Shown in pieces: positions 30,307 through 39,807 of a stretch of 64,000 nucleotides of DNA (positions are counted from its first letter, which is position 1; each line of letters begins with the position of its first letter). This DNA comes from Saccharolobus islandicus REY15A (GTDB lineage: Archaea; Thermoproteota; Thermoprotei_A; Sulfolobales; Sulfolobaceae), in the NCBI RefSeq assembly GCF_000189555.1, contig NC_017276.1; one strand, given 5' to 3'. The notes under the pieces are model-generated. The model ran no database searches, was not told the origin of the DNA, and saw nothing but the letters and a program-made list of their open reading frames with translations. A program made the translations under genes and the position numbers.

Positions 30307-30903
30307 AATTTTACCACCTTTCAAATACTCCATTCTTTTTTCTAAAATCTTAAGATTTAATTCCGTATACTCATCTATAACTTGCTTAGTAAGTAATTTA
30401 CAGAAATTACTCTCAACTACCTCAGAGAAACTTTCCTTGAGAGTATTCAATATCATATTATAATCAATTGAAGATAGCAGTTCTATTCCATTTTTAAAAT
30501 CATCCTCATTAGCCCACAGATTAAATCTACTCACCTTTTTATCGATGATTTGTATTATGTAATACAATGGTTTCCAAGCAGATAGTGAATGGCCATGATC
30601 GATGATAAATCCTTTTCCATTCTTTGATAGTACATGATCTTCCTTTAAATCTATGTTCAAAATCCACTCTTCGAACGCTAAACTCATCTTGATTTCATCT
30701 AAGTTACTTATGTTCTCCTTTGAAGCTTTATCCGGCAAATAATCCATTAAAAGTCCCGTTTCTTCTCCATATTCTATTAAGAATACTTCTGGTATAGGCA
30801 AATCTAGTAGTTTGCCGACTTTTGAAGCGAATAATTCAGATACGATTTCCAAAGCAACGTTTATATCTCTCTCTTTTTTTACAGGCTTAAAGTATAATAA
30901 CAA
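30283..30903 (-). CDS. HipA-like / PI3-4-kinase-like protein kinase-fold protein
   Basis: YFK (ATP Lys), SELFASKVGKLLDLPIPE, NIDLKEDH (catalytic loop) and IIDHG (Mg-binding) motifs. Start codon uncertain (TTG). Confidence 0.72.
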   Translation of the reverse strand: MLLYFKPVKKERDINVALEIVSELFASKVGKLLDLPIPEVFLIEYGEETGLLMDYLPDKASKENISNLDEIKMSLAFEEWILNIDLKEDHVLSKNGKGFIIDHGHSLSAWKPLYYIIQIIDKKVSRFNLWANEDDFKNGIELLSSIDYNMILNTLKESFSEVVESNFCKLLTKQVIDEYTELNLKILEKRMEYLKGGKILLTYEYR

Positions 30904-31005
30904 TGCAGTGGTAAAAGTTTGGCCAGAAATATAAAATTATCTTATAACATATATACGGACCTTTTTAACACAAACTTATTTTACATATAGTTATATTATA
31001 ATATA

Positions 31006-31185
31006 ATGGAAGATGTTAAACAGTCTGTAGAAAAAATAATAAAGGATCGAGAGTGGGTGACATTCAATGATTTGTTAAAATACATACCATATCCTGCTCC
31101 AGAAGTTTACGATGCATTATCCCAACTTATTAAGGAAAATAAGGTAGGGAGAAGAGGAAGATATTTCTACTACATAAAGAGGTAA
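31006..31185 (+). CDS. Small winged-helix DNA-binding protein, Sul7s-like (59 aa; not in the ORF track)
   Basis: Manual translation gives MEDVKQSVEKIIKDREWVTFNDLLKYIPYPAPEVYDALSQLIKENKVGRRGRYFYYIKR*, a helix-helix-helix-wing pattern. I recall this sequence as Sul7s of S. islandicus. Confidence 0.85.
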   Translation: MEDVKQSVEKIIKDREWVTFNDLLKYIPYPAPEVYDALSQLIKENKVGRRGRYFYYIKR

Positions 31186-31192
31186 GCAAGAA

Positions 31193-31816
31193 CTAACTTT
31201 TATTAGATTTTCGTTTAGGTAAATTAAAATTATATTTTATTGCAAGAACTCTCAATAAAAACGTACTTAGAAAGCTTGCAAACAAACTACCATGATGCAA
31301 ATAAGGAGTAGTGAAATAGTATATTACTCCACCAAGAAGAGCTGCAGTAGCATATATTTCTTTCGTGAGTATCATAGGTGTTTCGTTTACAAGAAGATCC
31401 CTTATTACACCCCCTCCAGTACCAACAATAGCCGCGATTAACCCAACTGATATTGGATTTAATCCATAAGAATAAGCTAATGACGCACCTAATGTTGCAA
31501 AAGTTGAAAGTCCTATGGCATCGCTTATTATAATTACCATTTTTATTGGATTGGTCTGTAACCATTTATAGAAGTAAAAGACGAAAATAGAAATACAGAC
31601 ACTTAGTAGAAGATAATTCCATTCCTTAAGTATATCTGGTGGATATATGCCTAGTAAGATATCTGCAAGTATACCTCCAGCATAACTAGTTACTACCCCT
31701 AAAATCGTTACACCAAAAATGTCTAACCCTTTATTAGTTCCCTTAAGAGAACCAGAGATTGTAAATGCAATTATACCAACTACGTTAAGTAATTCTAGGA
31801 TCATATACATTGTCAA
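31193..31816 (-). CDS. Trimeric intracellular cation (TRIC) channel family protein (UPF0126)
   Basis: Duplicated motifs AFTISG...TSYAGGILADILLG and FATLGA...GTGGGVIRDLL...EIYA. Confidence 0.88.
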   Translation of the reverse strand: MTMYMILELLNVVGIIAFTISGSLKGTNKGLDIFGVTILGVVTSYAGGILADILLGIYPPDILKEWNYLLLSVCISIFVFYFYKWLQTNPIKMVIIISDAIGLSTFATLGASLAYSYGLNPISVGLIAAIVGTGGGVIRDLLVNETPMILTKEIYATAALLGGVIYYFTTPYLHHGSLFASFLSTFLLRVLAIKYNFNLPKRKSNKS

Positions 31817-32294
31817 AGAGATTCTTTACAACCTATAACTTTTTCCTATAGACTATCATAAGTCATTAAAATTATAGTAATTAGAATTATATGCAAAACG
31901 GTAGATTAATATTACATTAGTAAAAATCCGCTTTTTCTCAAAAGGAGTAGTTGATAAGATAAAAGGACTTTCTAATTTAAATTCTTGCTAAGTTGAGAGC
32001 TCATATTGAATTCTAACAAGAAGATATTTAACTTCATGATTTCCAACTTACATATAATTAATAGTCTCATGAAATTATAGATTAGTCCTTTTTACTACGT
32101 ACTTTCATCTATTAGATTTTCAGCTTAGTGCCTTTTTTCATTAATCTTAAAATTTTTATCAAAACTGATAAAGACGAGAGAAGAAGTATCAAAAGTATGA
32201 ATAGCAAAGAGAAGAGTAAGGCTAATTCTGAATAAATTGGTCTAAAAAATAATGTTAAAAGTATAAAAGCTCTTATCATTATTTTAAAGATGTT

Positions 32295-35204
32295 TCATTT
32301 TCTTTTATTTCTTACTCTTAGGAGTACTGTGACAATCACTATAATTATTATTATTATCACTATAATTATTATTATGCCAGCGGGCGATTTAAAGAACTGC
32401 TCATAGAATGGAGGAGATATTGTTACATAGAATGTATCAGACTGTTCAAATGGGAATAACGAACCAGTTTGATTCCATATCAAAGCTATTGCCAATGGGT
32501 AAGTTCCGGAAGATGCTCCACTGCTCACATCGACTACAAAAGTTACATTTATTGTTTGTCCAGGAGCAATATCTCCAGCGAATACCTCAGATGCCGTCAG
32601 TGCTTGTAATGGGTTTGATGAACTTACATGAGGATATATTAGATTAGAAGTACCTAGCCTAACTATAACGTTCTTAGCTGTGGAATTTCCATTGTTTTTA
32701 AGAGTTATTGTGATTGGTACGTTACTATCTCCTGCACTTAGTGAAGGGTAAGATACTCCTACTACGATCAGATTAGCCTTGGGATATATTTGTAATGGGT
32801 ATTGATAAGTTTCTTTCCCACCATCATAGGTAATGGTAACGTTTATAATATAGGTTTTAGGTATAGTATCATTTGGAACATTTATGAGGAATGTGGCATT
32901 AACTGGTACTCCTACTGGTAGTGCTCCTAAATGTAGTGGATTAGAAGATATAACTTGGAATGGTGATAGAATGCTCACATTGGCGTTTTCTGCTATGCCA
33001 CCTCCAAAGTTTGTTAAAATTACCAATAATCTAACATCGTAATAGCTAGGAAATACTTGAGGTGGAATTGTTATCAAATTTACTGAAATATTTGGTGAAT
33101 AAATTGTTATTGGGATCGTTATTGTGGTTTTGTGATTGAAGTAATACAGAGTTGCTGGTATGTAGTATACTCCTGGTGTCGCATTTGGAAACACACTTAC
33201 AGTTACCGTAGCATAATTTTCTTGCCCAGCTGGCACAATACCAATTTGTGCATTAGTCTGATGGAAGATTAATGGATACTCTACGTTCTGAAAAACTAAG
33301 GTAGCATTGAGAATATTAACGTCACCAGTGTTTTTGAGTAAAATTGTTAAAGGTACATCGTTCTCACCTGAAGAAACTGTTATTGGGGACGTTACTCCTC
33401 CCCACAAACTTTGAGCTTGTATTGTAATATATCCTAGGATATCAACCGTTATCATTATGTTTTCTTTAAATCCACCATAAGCCACTAAGGTTGCTGGTAT
33501 GTAGTATACTCCTGGTGTCGCATTTGGAAACACGTTAGCTGTAACTGTTACGTAATTATAGCTACCTGCGGGAACGAAACCAACGGAGGCGTTTTGCTGG
33601 AGGAATTGTATCGGATAATGAGATTGTAATATTAGGCTCACATTTGTCATTAGGTTTTCTCCAAGATTCTTTATTACTATCGTTAACGGTACGTTATTCT
33701 CTCCTGGCGCTACTAGTAACGGATTAGATAAAGAACCCCATACACCCTCTACCGAAACTTGATTCAATGACTGTATATATATTGGAACTTTTACATATTG
33801 TATCACACCATCGTAGTACATTACTTTTGCAGTTATGTAGTAAACACCAGTATTTGTTACATTGGGATAAACATTTGCAAGTACTGTTACTGGTATAGGA
33901 TAGCCTACGGGAATGTTTCCTATTGTTACATTGTTCTGCAGGAACTCTACTGGATATTGTGATTGTAAGAACAAGGTTGCATTCGTTATAGAAACTATTC
34001 CAGTGTTTTGTAGTATTATTGTTAGTGGTATGTTGTTTTCTCCTGGTCCTACTACCATTGGGTTTGATGTTGTTCCCCATACTGAGGATGCAGAGAAATT
34101 AACATAGCCTAAAATGTAAACTGGCATTTCAAAAGTTTGCATGAATCCTCCATCATATGCAACTAACGTTATCGGTACGTAATATACTCCAGGTGTTACG
34201 TTCTTATAGACGTTTGCTACTACTGTTACGTAATTATATCCTCCAGCTGGTACGAAACCTATCATTGTATAATTTTGGAGGAATTGTATCGGATAATGAG
34301 ATTGTAATATTAACATGACATTGGATAATAGGTTCTCGCCAAGGTTCTTTACATAAATAGTGAGGGGAAGTAATGTTTCCCCAGGAGCAGCAACTATTGG
34401 ATCAGATGGTGTACCCCACGCATCTTCTAATGATACTTGATTAGATGAGCCAATATCAATGGGTACTAATACTGTTGTAGTTGCATTATGATAGTATATT
34501 ATATTTAACCTGATATAATACAAACCTTGAGTTACGTTAGGATACACTGAAGCCATTACAGTTGCTTCTCCATAATATCCTGCCGGTATTGCAGAAATTG
34601 TGGCATTATTTTGCAGGAATTTAACTGGAAACTGTGAGTTTAGTTCTAATGTTATATTAGTAACTAATGAATTACCTAAGTTTTGTAGTATTATTGTTAG
34701 TGGTATGTTGTTTTCTCCTGGTCCTACTACCATTGGGTTTGATGTTGTTCCCCATACTGAGGATGCAGAGAAATTAACATAGCCAGCTATTACTACTGGT
34801 ACTAAAACGTCATAAGTTGCCTGGGTACCCGAGGTAGTGACACCTTGGACTATTACTACATCAGTGTATGTACCAGTCTTAGCAGCACTGGCTATATCAA
34901 ATAGGTAAGTAACATTTACTGTTTGTCCTTGATTCCACAAGGGAATATGCGTAAGTTCAGTTCCATTATTATAGGGGTAAAGGTAAAACGGATAAGTATC
35001 TGCAGGAATTATTGTTACATCAGTTAAGGTTTGGCCTAGGTTAATCAGATGGAAGGTTATTGGTACCTCGATTTCGCCAGGTGTTATTAGTTCGTTGCTT
35101 GTTGCATATCCTTGAATCGGCGTGGATTGTGATGATATTGGTAGTGCTAAATATGTTAGAGGAGATAATATTACAAAAAATAATATTATTAAACTCCTTC
35201 TCAT
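32295..35204 (-). CDS. Large membrane-anchored surface protein with tandem Ig-like repeats (COG1361/S-layer-domain type)
   Basis: Signal peptide (likely start MRRSL at 35204, GGTGA upstream), repeated ~110-aa units (WG..S.P..V.PGE.N.PLTI.L.N.G...PG.YYIP), and a C-terminal poly-Ile TM segment with a basic tail. Confidence 0.85.
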   Translation of the reverse strand: MRRSLIILFFVILSPLTYLALPISSQSTPIQGYATSNELITPGEIEVPITFHLINLGQTLTDVTIIPADTYPFYLYPYNNGTELTHIPLWNQGQTVNVTYLFDIASAAKTGTYTDVVIVQGVTTSGTQATYDVLVPVVIAGYVNFSASSVWGTTSNPMVVGPGENNIPLTIILQNLGNSLVTNITLELNSQFPVKFLQNNATISAIPAGYYGEATVMASVYPNVTQGLYYIRLNIIYYHNATTTVLVPIDIGSSNQVSLEDAWGTPSDPIVAAPGETLLPLTIYVKNLGENLLSNVMLILQSHYPIQFLQNYTMIGFVPAGGYNYVTVVANVYKNVTPGVYYVPITLVAYDGGFMQTFEMPVYILGYVNFSASSVWGTTSNPMVVGPGENNIPLTIILQNTGIVSITNATLFLQSQYPVEFLQNNVTIGNIPVGYPIPVTVLANVYPNVTNTGVYYITAKVMYYDGVIQYVKVPIYIQSLNQVSVEGVWGSLSNPLLVAPGENNVPLTIVIKNLGENLMTNVSLILQSHYPIQFLQQNASVGFVPAGSYNYVTVTANVFPNATPGVYYIPATLVAYGGFKENIMITVDILGYITIQAQSLWGGVTSPITVSSGENDVPLTILLKNTGDVNILNATLVFQNVEYPLIFHQTNAQIGIVPAGQENYATVTVSVFPNATPGVYYIPATLYYFNHKTTITIPITIYSPNISVNLITIPPQVFPSYYDVRLLVILTNFGGGIAENANVSILSPFQVISSNPLHLGALPVGVPVNATFLINVPNDTIPKTYIINVTITYDGGKETYQYPLQIYPKANLIVVGVSYPSLSAGDSNVPITITLKNNGNSTAKNVIVRLGTSNLIYPHVSSSNPLQALTASEVFAGDIAPGQTINVTFVVDVSSGASSGTYPLAIALIWNQTGSLFPFEQSDTFYVTISPPFYEQFFKSPAGIIIIIVIIIIIIVIVTVLLRVRNKRK
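33151..34312. repeat. Two further perfect intragenic direct repeats: 44 bp (33151-33194 / 33490-33533) and 37 bp (33598-33634 / 34276-34312)
   Basis: Direct comparison of the sequence lines. Confidence 0.88.
34005..34784. repeat. Perfect 105-bp direct repeat within the surface-protein gene (34005-34109 and 34680-34784)
   Basis: The two copies are nucleotide-identical by direct comparison; they encode GYVNFSASSVWGTTSNPMVVGPGENNIPLTIILQN. Confidence 0.92.
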
Positions 35205-35342
35205 CAAAATCACCTTCAAAAAGATATATCTAAATGCTTTTAAGTGTTTTCCTTCTTTTGTTCTTAATATCACGAAGAATGATCATAGATGCTATATTAC
35301 CACTTAAAGAGAAATTATGAATTTAAAAAATTAGTAGTGTAT

Positions 35343-36398
35343 TTATAGAATGTATAATTCTTTTTGCAACGTATTTAGTACTTTCCCATATCCTTTTTTT
35401 ACTACTACTTCGTCTTCTATTCTTATACCAAATTTGCTTGGTAGGTAAATCCCAGGTTCTATAGTAAACACCATATTCTGCTCTATTACATCATCGTTAT
35501 CTGGAGAAATGTATGGATCTTCATGAACGTCGATTCCTATACCGTGTCCAGTCCTATGAATAAAGTAAACCCCATATCCCTTATCAGTTATAACTTTTCT
35601 AGCAATATCGTCAATCTCCTTAGCCCTAATACCCTCTCTTACGTGTTTTTCAGCCTTTTCATTCGCACTTTTGACGATTTCTACAATTTCTAAAGCTAAA
35701 GTGTCATTAGGTCTACCTAATGTAAACACTCTTGTAGTATCTGTAGAATATCCCTCATACTTTATTCCGTAATCTATAACTATTACCTCACCTCGTTTTA
35801 TCTTTTTATCACTGCATCTCAAGTGGGGCATAGAAGAGTTAGGACCAGAGGTCACTATTGGATCAAATGAGATATAACCAGCTTCTCCAATCAAGAAGCT
35901 CTTTAGTTTTCTCTCTATTTCGCACTCCGTTATATTTTCCTTTATATTCGGTACAAATTCTAAAAGAAGTTCTTCTGCTTTTTTAACACCTTTCTCCATT
36001 TTTTCTATTTCCTCATCATCCTTTACTTGTCTAAGCTTTCGCAATATAGCTGAAGCTTTACCTATTCTTCTAGGCCTGAACCTATTTAGTATTTCTATAG
36101 TGAATAGTGAGAAGGTCGTATCGTCAATTAAAATATTGGAATTCTCCTTTAAATTTAGTTTGGAGTATGGATCCTCCCCATCTCTATAAACGATAAGTGG
36201 TAATTGCTTTAATTGCTGCTCATAGAGTTTTGGAACGAGCATGAAATAGTCGTCTTTAGTGACGAAAAGTAAAAGCGGCCTTTCCATCTGTTCCTCTGAA
36301 AATCCTACTAAATAGAACATGTTGCTAGTAGTTCCAATTATCAGATAATCTGTATCAGTCTTCTCCAATTCCTTTTGTAATCTCTGTATTCGATCCAT
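35343..36398 (-). CDS. pepQ: Xaa-Pro peptidase (M24B prolidase/aminopeptidase P)
   Basis: IDYG...DTTR, HRTGHGIG..VHE, TIEPGIY and GIRIED motifs. Confidence 0.92.
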   Translation of the reverse strand: MDRIQRLQKELEKTDTDYLIIGTTSNMFYLVGFSEEQMERPLLLFVTKDDYFMLVPKLYEQQLKQLPLIVYRDGEDPYSKLNLKENSNILIDDTTFSLFTIEILNRFRPRRIGKASAILRKLRQVKDDEEIEKMEKGVKKAEELLLEFVPNIKENITECEIERKLKSFLIGEAGYISFDPIVTSGPNSSMPHLRCSDKKIKRGEVIVIDYGIKYEGYSTDTTRVFTLGRPNDTLALEIVEIVKSANEKAEKHVREGIRAKEIDDIARKVITDKGYGVYFIHRTGHGIGIDVHEDPYISPDNDDVIEQNMVFTIEPGIYLPSKFGIRIEDEVVVKKGYGKVLNTLQKELYIL

Positions 36399-36439
36399 GT
36401 TCTAAACTTAAATAGACGTGTTATAAAAAGATAGGCTAA

Positions 36440-37423
36440 ATGATAACTATTGTTTATGACGATATATATAGGTATCACGCTCCAAAAAAGTATCACGTAG
36501 AGAACCCTAGTAGGATAGACAAGGCATTATCTGCAATTAATCAACTTGAGGTTAAGTTTGAGAAACCAGTTAGGGTTGATGATCCTCAAATAGTACATTC
36601 AGAAGATTATATTAAATTAGTTGAAAAGCACTCTAAATTAGAAGAGAACTTAGATGCGGATACTTATACTAACAAGTACACCTACGAATCCGCACTTTAT
36701 GCGATGGGTGGTGCATTAAAGGCTTTTGAGACTAACGGATTTGCATTAGTGAGACCTCCTGGTCATCACGTTGGAGTCAATGGAAGAGCTTTAGGAGCTC
36801 CTACTTTAGGTTTCTGTATTTTCAACAGCGTAGCATATCCTATTAAGAGGTATAAGTTAAAAAGAGTGGCTATTATTGACTTTGATGTACATTATGGTAA
36901 TGGAACGCAAGAAATCTTTTATGATGATCCAGATATTCTGCATATTGATGTACATCAAGATCCTAGGACCATCTATCCGGGTACCGGCTTTGTGGATATG
37001 ATAGGTGGGAAAGACGCTGAGGGGACTAAGATCAACTTACTGATACCTCCTTTAGGTAGTGATGATTTATATGAGGAATTAATTCCAATTATTCAAGCTA
37101 TTCTAGACGATTTCAAGCCAGTGGTTGTTGCGTACTCTGCTGGTTTTGACTCTTATGTTGGTGATGGTCTGGCTTCAGTTAACGCTACTGAGTATACGTT
37201 TTATAATTTTGGTATGATTAGCAATAAATTTACTAGAAAATATGCAGTTTTAGAGGGAGGTTATAATAAAGGTTTAGTAAAAGGTTTAAAAGCATTTTTA
37301 GAAGGATTTGCAAACTTGAAAATAGAATATAAGAAATATAAATCAAGTGACACAGTTAAGTCTAGGTTTATGAATTATCTAAGTGAAGAGAAAAATATTT
37401 TGAGGAATTATTGGAGTATCTAG
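36440..37423 (+). CDS. Histone deacetylase family protein (second paralogue)
   Basis: RPPGHH, GFCIFN, DFDVHYGNGTQ, SAGFD and LEGGY motifs. Confidence 0.92.
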   Translation: MITIVYDDIYRYHAPKKYHVENPSRIDKALSAINQLEVKFEKPVRVDDPQIVHSEDYIKLVEKHSKLEENLDADTYTNKYTYESALYAMGGALKAFETNGFALVRPPGHHVGVNGRALGAPTLGFCIFNSVAYPIKRYKLKRVAIIDFDVHYGNGTQEIFYDDPDILHIDVHQDPRTIYPGTGFVDMIGGKDAEGTKINLLIPPLGSDDLYEELIPIIQAILDDFKPVVVAYSAGFDSYVGDGLASVNATEYTFYNFGMISNKFTRKYAVLEGGYNKGLVKGLKAFLEGFANLKIEYKKYKSSDTVKSRFMNYLSEEKNILRNYWSI

Positions 37424-37425
37424 TA

Positions 37426-38274
37426 TTAGCAAGTGTAGTAGCATTTTAGTGCTATATTATAGGCAGCATTATAATCTCTATCTGCTTTATATCCACAAGC
37501 TGGACATACAAATAGCGAACCTAGTATTTCACCTTTCTTATATCCACATTTTGCACACACTCTTGATGTATTGTACGGGTCTATTTTTCTATATCTAATA
37601 CCTCTCTTTCGTATCTCGTTTTCTAGCATATTCTGTAAAGCTCGTAATCCTTTACCCGTTTTCGTCTCAAAATATTCCAAATTCTCCATTGCGACTATTT
37701 TTGGTTCCAATTCTTCAATAAAGCTTACAGCTTCGTAAAGGATTTTTCTAGCATTAGTCTTCATTTCCTCTAACTTAATAATTCCTTGATTTTCACTTAA
37801 GAAATTTGCAAACTGCTCCATAAGTTTAGGTTCGTTAAAGAATCTCACTTTCCATGGTTTGTTATCCTTTAACGCAACAATTGTTATTAGGTGACGTAAA
37901 CCTAGGTCTACTCCAACTATACTAGGGTTCTCTTGATAAGCTAAATACACTCTTACATCGGTATCCGTATACTCCACTATGGCGTATAACGGTGGCCTAG
38001 AATCACTTTTTATTTTAACTAAAGTATTATACTCTTTTATTTTTATCATATCGTTGTTAACTAATTCTATCTGAAGGGGGCCATCTCTAGGAATTCCTCC
38101 AGTAAGTATTGAAGTTACAATAGATTTGGGTAAGGTAGGAGGTGGATCTACCTTTTCCTTAATCCCTTTCTTTCTTAATGCGTCAACATAGAGCTTGTAA
38201 TATACAATTTCCTTTTGAATATCCTTTAATTTACCATAATCTATAACTTTTGCTTCTATGAGACTCTCCTTCAT
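37426..38274 (-). CDS. Compact stand-alone TnpB/Cas12-like RuvC nuclease with a zinc ribbon (282 aa)
   Basis: RuvC-I VGVDLG, RuvC-II AMENL, Zn finger CAKC...CPAC and RuvC-III ADRDYNAA. No tnpA or IS ends seen nearby. Confidence 0.85.
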   Translation of the reverse strand: MKESLIEAKVIDYGKLKDIQKEIVYYKLYVDALRKKGIKEKVDPPPTLPKSIVTSILTGGIPRDGPLQIELVNNDMIKIKEYNTLVKIKSDSRPPLYAIVEYTDTDVRVYLAYQENPSIVGVDLGLRHLITIVALKDNKPWKVRFFNEPKLMEQFANFLSENQGIIKLEEMKTNARKILYEAVSFIEELEPKIVAMENLEYFETKTGKGLRALQNMLENEIRKRGIRYRKIDPYNTSRVCAKCGYKKGEILGSLFVCPACGYKADRDYNAAYNIALKCYYTC

Positions 38275-38315
38275 AAATTAATATTATAATCTTCATGCTT
38301 AAGAATTTATACTTC

Positions 38316-39038
38316 TCAAAGATGCATAATACTTCCCATCATAAGTTCTTCTGCATCTACTCCTAGATAGTATTTTATTGTAGACGAAAATACGTATCTT
38401 TCATTGTCTGTATAGAGCTTATAATACTCCTCATTTGTCTCTTTTGATAATCTATTCTTATTATAATAATATCCAATTAAAAGAGATGGCCCTTCTTTCT
38501 TATTGTAATAAATTAAACCGGAATTTAAGCTCGTAGAGTAATCCTTTAGTTTATCTAGAGTATTTACGTACGCCTCGAATGGAGACATGTTGTTTTCTAT
38601 CAATGTCTTTATCTCTTCCAGAATTAGATAACTATCAGTAAATGGCCTATTATTATCCTTAAAGCTCGTTCTACTAACTGAACCATTATGAGCAAAGTAG
38701 AGATCATAAATGTTTGCCCTTACGTAATAGGGATGAGCATGAGATACTCCAGTAAGAAATTTTCTACCGGCTTTTCTTGCATGAATAATTCCAATTATCT
38801 CTTCTCCCTTGGCAATATCAATTAAATAATTAAAGTTAGGATCTTCAAATATCGGATCTTCTGATCTATAATAAATTACCTTCCACTTATCATTTTTCTT
38901 GAGAAACACACTTAGACCCCATCCATCAGGATGGCTACCATATTTAGAGAAAATATCATTTCTACTCGCCTTTATTAATGCGTTAACATATTTTTTTGAA
39001 ATTTCGGCCTTAGTGTGAAAAGCCAGAATTCTACACAT
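38316..39038 (-). CDS. Class II glutamine amidotransferase (YafJ/EgtC-like)
   Basis: N-terminal MCR, HPDGWG, HAR, HAHP, HNG and TDS motifs. Confidence 0.88.
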   Translation of the reverse strand: MCRILAFHTKAEISKKYVNALIKASRNDIFSKYGSHPDGWGLSVFLKKNDKWKVIYYRSEDPIFEDPNFNYLIDIAKGEEIIGIIHARKAGRKFLTGVSHAHPYYVRANIYDLYFAHNGSVSRTSFKDNNRPFTDSYLILEEIKTLIENNMSPFEAYVNTLDKLKDYSTSLNSGLIYYNKKEGPSLLIGYYYNKNRLSKETNEEYYKLYTDNERYVFSSTIKYYLGVDAEELMMGSIMHL

Positions 39039-39717
39039 TTAATGACAACCCATCAGAAGCAATAATTATTTTATTATTAGCGAAGCTTATTATTTTTTCT
39101 TCAATTTCAACTGGAATATGAGTGGCAATAATTCTCTTATTACTAAACAATTCAAATATTTGTTTGATTGAAGTATGTCCCCAAGCACTACAGTCATTCA
39201 TACAAGTCGTTTCATGAATAATCAAATCTACATCTTTTACGTTTTCTAGAATGGTATTACAAGGCTCTTTAGTGTCGCCAGTATATAATACCTTGGTATT
39301 ACCATCACTTATAATATAACTAACAGCATATATCGAGTGACAAGCTTGAATCGAATATATTTCCATATCGTCAATTTTACCTCTGGGTAAATCGCTTTCG
39401 TATACTTTAGCTGAAATATTATTTCCTACTCTAATGTATGAGTTTAGCACTTCTAAGAAACCTTTAGTAGAGTAGATTTCCAAATCCGGAATTTGTCTTA
39501 TTTTCCTTTGGACTAAATAATCGAAAACTCCATTAAAATGATCGACGTGCAAATGAGTAATAAAGAGGGCCTTTGGATGTGTACTCATATCTTCCAGTCT
39601 TAACTCAGCCCCAGGTCCTAAATCAAGAAGTACTTTATCGTTGATTAGTATACTGGATTTAACCCTTTTTAACCCTAAGCTAGAACCAGCACCTGTTCCA
39701 ATAAAAGTTATTTTCAC
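39031..39717 (-). CDS. Metallo-beta-lactamase fold hydrolase (RNase Z/ElaC-like)
   Basis: FIGTGAG, LLDLGPG, THLHVDHFNG, YTGDT, IHE and H motifs. Confidence 0.88.
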   Translation of the reverse strand: MKITFIGTGAGSSLGLKRVKSSILINDKVLLDLGPGAELRLEDMSTHPKALFITHLHVDHFNGVFDYLVQRKIRQIPDLEIYSTKGFLEVLNSYIRVGNNISAKVYESDLPRGKIDDMEIYSIQACHSIYAVSYIISDGNTKVLYTGDTKEPCNTILENVKDVDLIIHETTCMNDCSAWGHTSIKQIFELFSNKRIIATHIPVEIEEKIISFANNKIIIASDGLSLNV

Positions 39718-39807
39718 ATGTCGTCACGCTCCGTTATATCTACAAAATCCAAATCACAAAAACTTGTAGTGCAATGTTCCTCCTTCCCTTTTCTATTACT
39801 TTTTCTT

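Noticed and set aside
31817-32294. ~480-bp AT-rich intergenic region as a replication origin or hidden gene
   Set aside because: No ORB-like repeats recognised and no adjacent cdc6/whiP; only short interrupted frames.
32320-32380. ATT/AAT trinucleotide run as a phase-variable microsatellite
   Set aside because: The run is interrupted and simply encodes the poly-Ile transmembrane anchor.
39718-39807. Possible read-through extension or small ORF between rbsK and the MBL gene
   Set aside because: Short open stretches exist but have no start codon in frame and no recognisable similarity.
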